A stretch of 64,000 nt of DNA from Oculina patagonica (lineage: Eukaryota): the NCBI RefSeq assembly GCF_052425735.1, contig NC_135760.1, positions 25,606,001 through 25,670,000 on the forward strand. The letters run 5' to 3'. The position numbers and the translations under genes were made by a program. Below the pieces are notes generated by a model. The model saw only the letters and a list, made by a program, of their open reading frames with translations. It was not told the DNA's origin and ran no database searches. Position 1 is the first letter of the stretch. Each line of letters starts with the position of its first letter. Below, piece after piece: positions 62,231 through 64,000 of the stretch.

Positions 62231-63183
62231 GGTAGCGGGACACCTTGGGCTCATCATTATGCATTTATTTAAAGCGTATGCACGAAGTACAACGACTTAC
62301 ATCGACAACTTTACGAGATATTTATGACTGGAGAAAAATATGGGCGCGTGCGCGTGATTTGTAAAAAATCCCTGTTTCTTTGATATTTTAACCAATTTAA
62401 CACAACACTTAGCGATATACGTTCATATAGATTGTAGGAAGTCTTTGAGCTTATTTTTATTTAAATTTGACTATTTCTGCAACTAGTGTACTCAAAGTAA
62501 TCACAAAATTATTCGGCATAAACAATCGTGTCCTTTTTGAAAACGCATTGTTCTCACCATAAAAGCGTGGAATATAATTACCATAATTACATCTCTCCTT
62601 GGCAAAATGATCGTATTTAGGTCGGGACACCTTCGGAAATCTCAAAGTTTGGACTTTTCCGACAATTTTGTGGCAGAGAATACAGCGCGGATACAGAACT
62701 TCATGACTTGCCACTGCAGATAGGTAAACTATGAATACTGTAGTGTGTCATAACAGAAGCGGAATTTTAAAAGAGCGCTTTTAGAAAGAGGTAGAAGACA
62801 TTAAATTCAAATTTGCGCACTTAAACCGCCATAACTTGCTGGCAAACTTTAAATTAAAAAATCCGCTTCTGTTATGACACTCTAGAGGTATTGACTGATT
62901 AGTTTTTGACAAAATCGCAGTGTGCTGTCTTCTACTCGTTCCGCAAACTCTGCCACAAAATCATGTTTTTCCCAATTTGGCACTAACGAGGCTATAACAT
63001 CGCCGTAAAATGCAATCTACCAAATAAAAGATGACATTCACAATCTTTCATCATTTCGTTGTCTCTGTAAATTTTGAGCTTAATCGCACCCTAACAGCAT
63101 AGAAATAAGCGTTTTTAAAAGATGCAGGTCAAGCAAAATTTCCCTTCATGAATTTATTCATGCTGTTGGTATCCTCCGCGACC
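62231..63183 (-). mobile_element. Second, inverted copy of the Kolobok-like element
   Basis: Reverse complement of 59218-60173 with TTAA on both sides. Confidence 0.8.
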
Positions 63184-63187
63184 TTAA

Positions 63188-63830
63188 GAGCTAACGGTTA
63201 TCCCAAGAGCTTCATTAAGTCAGCTGGCGAGTCAAACAAAACAAACACGCAACCAAGAACCCAGGAGAATCCGAAGGCATACACGTCCATCCCGTATGTG
63301 AAAGGAGTGTCGGAGCGCGTTCGATGGATTTTGAGCCGCGAAAACATCAAGACAACGTTCAAACCAGTACGAACGTTAGGAAATATCTTCAAAAAGCCCA
63401 AGGACCGACCGAATAAAGAGCGGTTGAAAGGAATTGTATACAAATTGGCTTGCAGGACATGCTCATTTGCATACGTTGGGGAAAGCAAAAGAAGCTGGAA
63501 ATCGCGAGGAGCCGAACACAAGCCCGGAACAAACGGAAATATCAACTCCGCAATTAAACATCATGCAGAAATCGGCCACGACATACATCCAAGTTACGCC
63601 GAAGTTCTTGAAACAGGTGTAATCAGCAAGAACAAAAGACTGTTTCTGGAGTCTTTACATGGCGCCCTTCCCAAGGGTTTACGCATCGCTAGTTGCTCCC
63701 CAGGGGGCGCAACGAACAATAACGTCAATGCAACTTATTTGAATTCTGCGAACCTTGCAAAATCCATCATTCTCTGAAGTAGACCGCAGAAGGCGATCGA
63801 AAATTTTTAGTATCCTTTTATATCTTTTTT
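63188..63830 (+). mobile_element. Penelope-like element 3' part (end of RT region plus GIY-YIG endonuclease), 5'-truncated
   Basis: NGYPKSFI...IPYVKGVSE...GIVYKLACRTCSFAYVGESKR...EH...SAIKHH...RLFLES, followed by a CTGAAG..GAAA motif at 63774-63803. Confidence 0.85.
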
Positions 63831-64000
63831 TTAGACTAGTTTTTAGACTAGTTTTTTTTTATACTTTAAGCTATGACCACAGATCGCTCCATCTTTCTCC
63901 AGGAAAATGTAGAATGGCAAATCCTTGATATTTTTGGCAGCCGCACTGAAAGGAACTTCCATATGACGCTTTTCAAAGAGGTTAGTTGATTAGTTTAAGA

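Overview
AT-rich, intron-containing, repeat-dense animal DNA. It is most likely a cnidarian such as a stony coral (inferred from tachylectin-2-like lectins, a Nin/Deu-type SINE and Penelope remnants). There are three N-gaps (1628-1798, 11293-11792, 38910-39409). Host genes are all on the minus strand: an SLC13 Na+/anion cotransporter in three partial copies (11 exons traced in the best one) and two tachylectin-2-like beta-propeller lectin paralogs (A and B), each present twice. The main feature is a very young 6,681-bp DNA transposon (46137-52817) with 363-bp TIRs, TATGG...CCATA termini and 6-bp TSDs, matching IS3EU-type hallmarks. It carries a spliced DDE integrase-family transposase gene and, facing it, an intact intronless ~405-aa alpha-kinase gene. 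It has inserted into its own transposase gene, producing a 16-kb nest (40814-56841) in the intron of a tachylectin gene. That same gene also carries an in-frame RTE LINE fragment. Other features are a 4.8-kb TTAA-flanked foldback element with ~1.9-kb arms and a junction placing SLC13 promoter/exon 1 upstream of a lectin exon. The middle contig (11793-38909) appears to be an alternative haplotype wedged between two nearly contiguous contigs.
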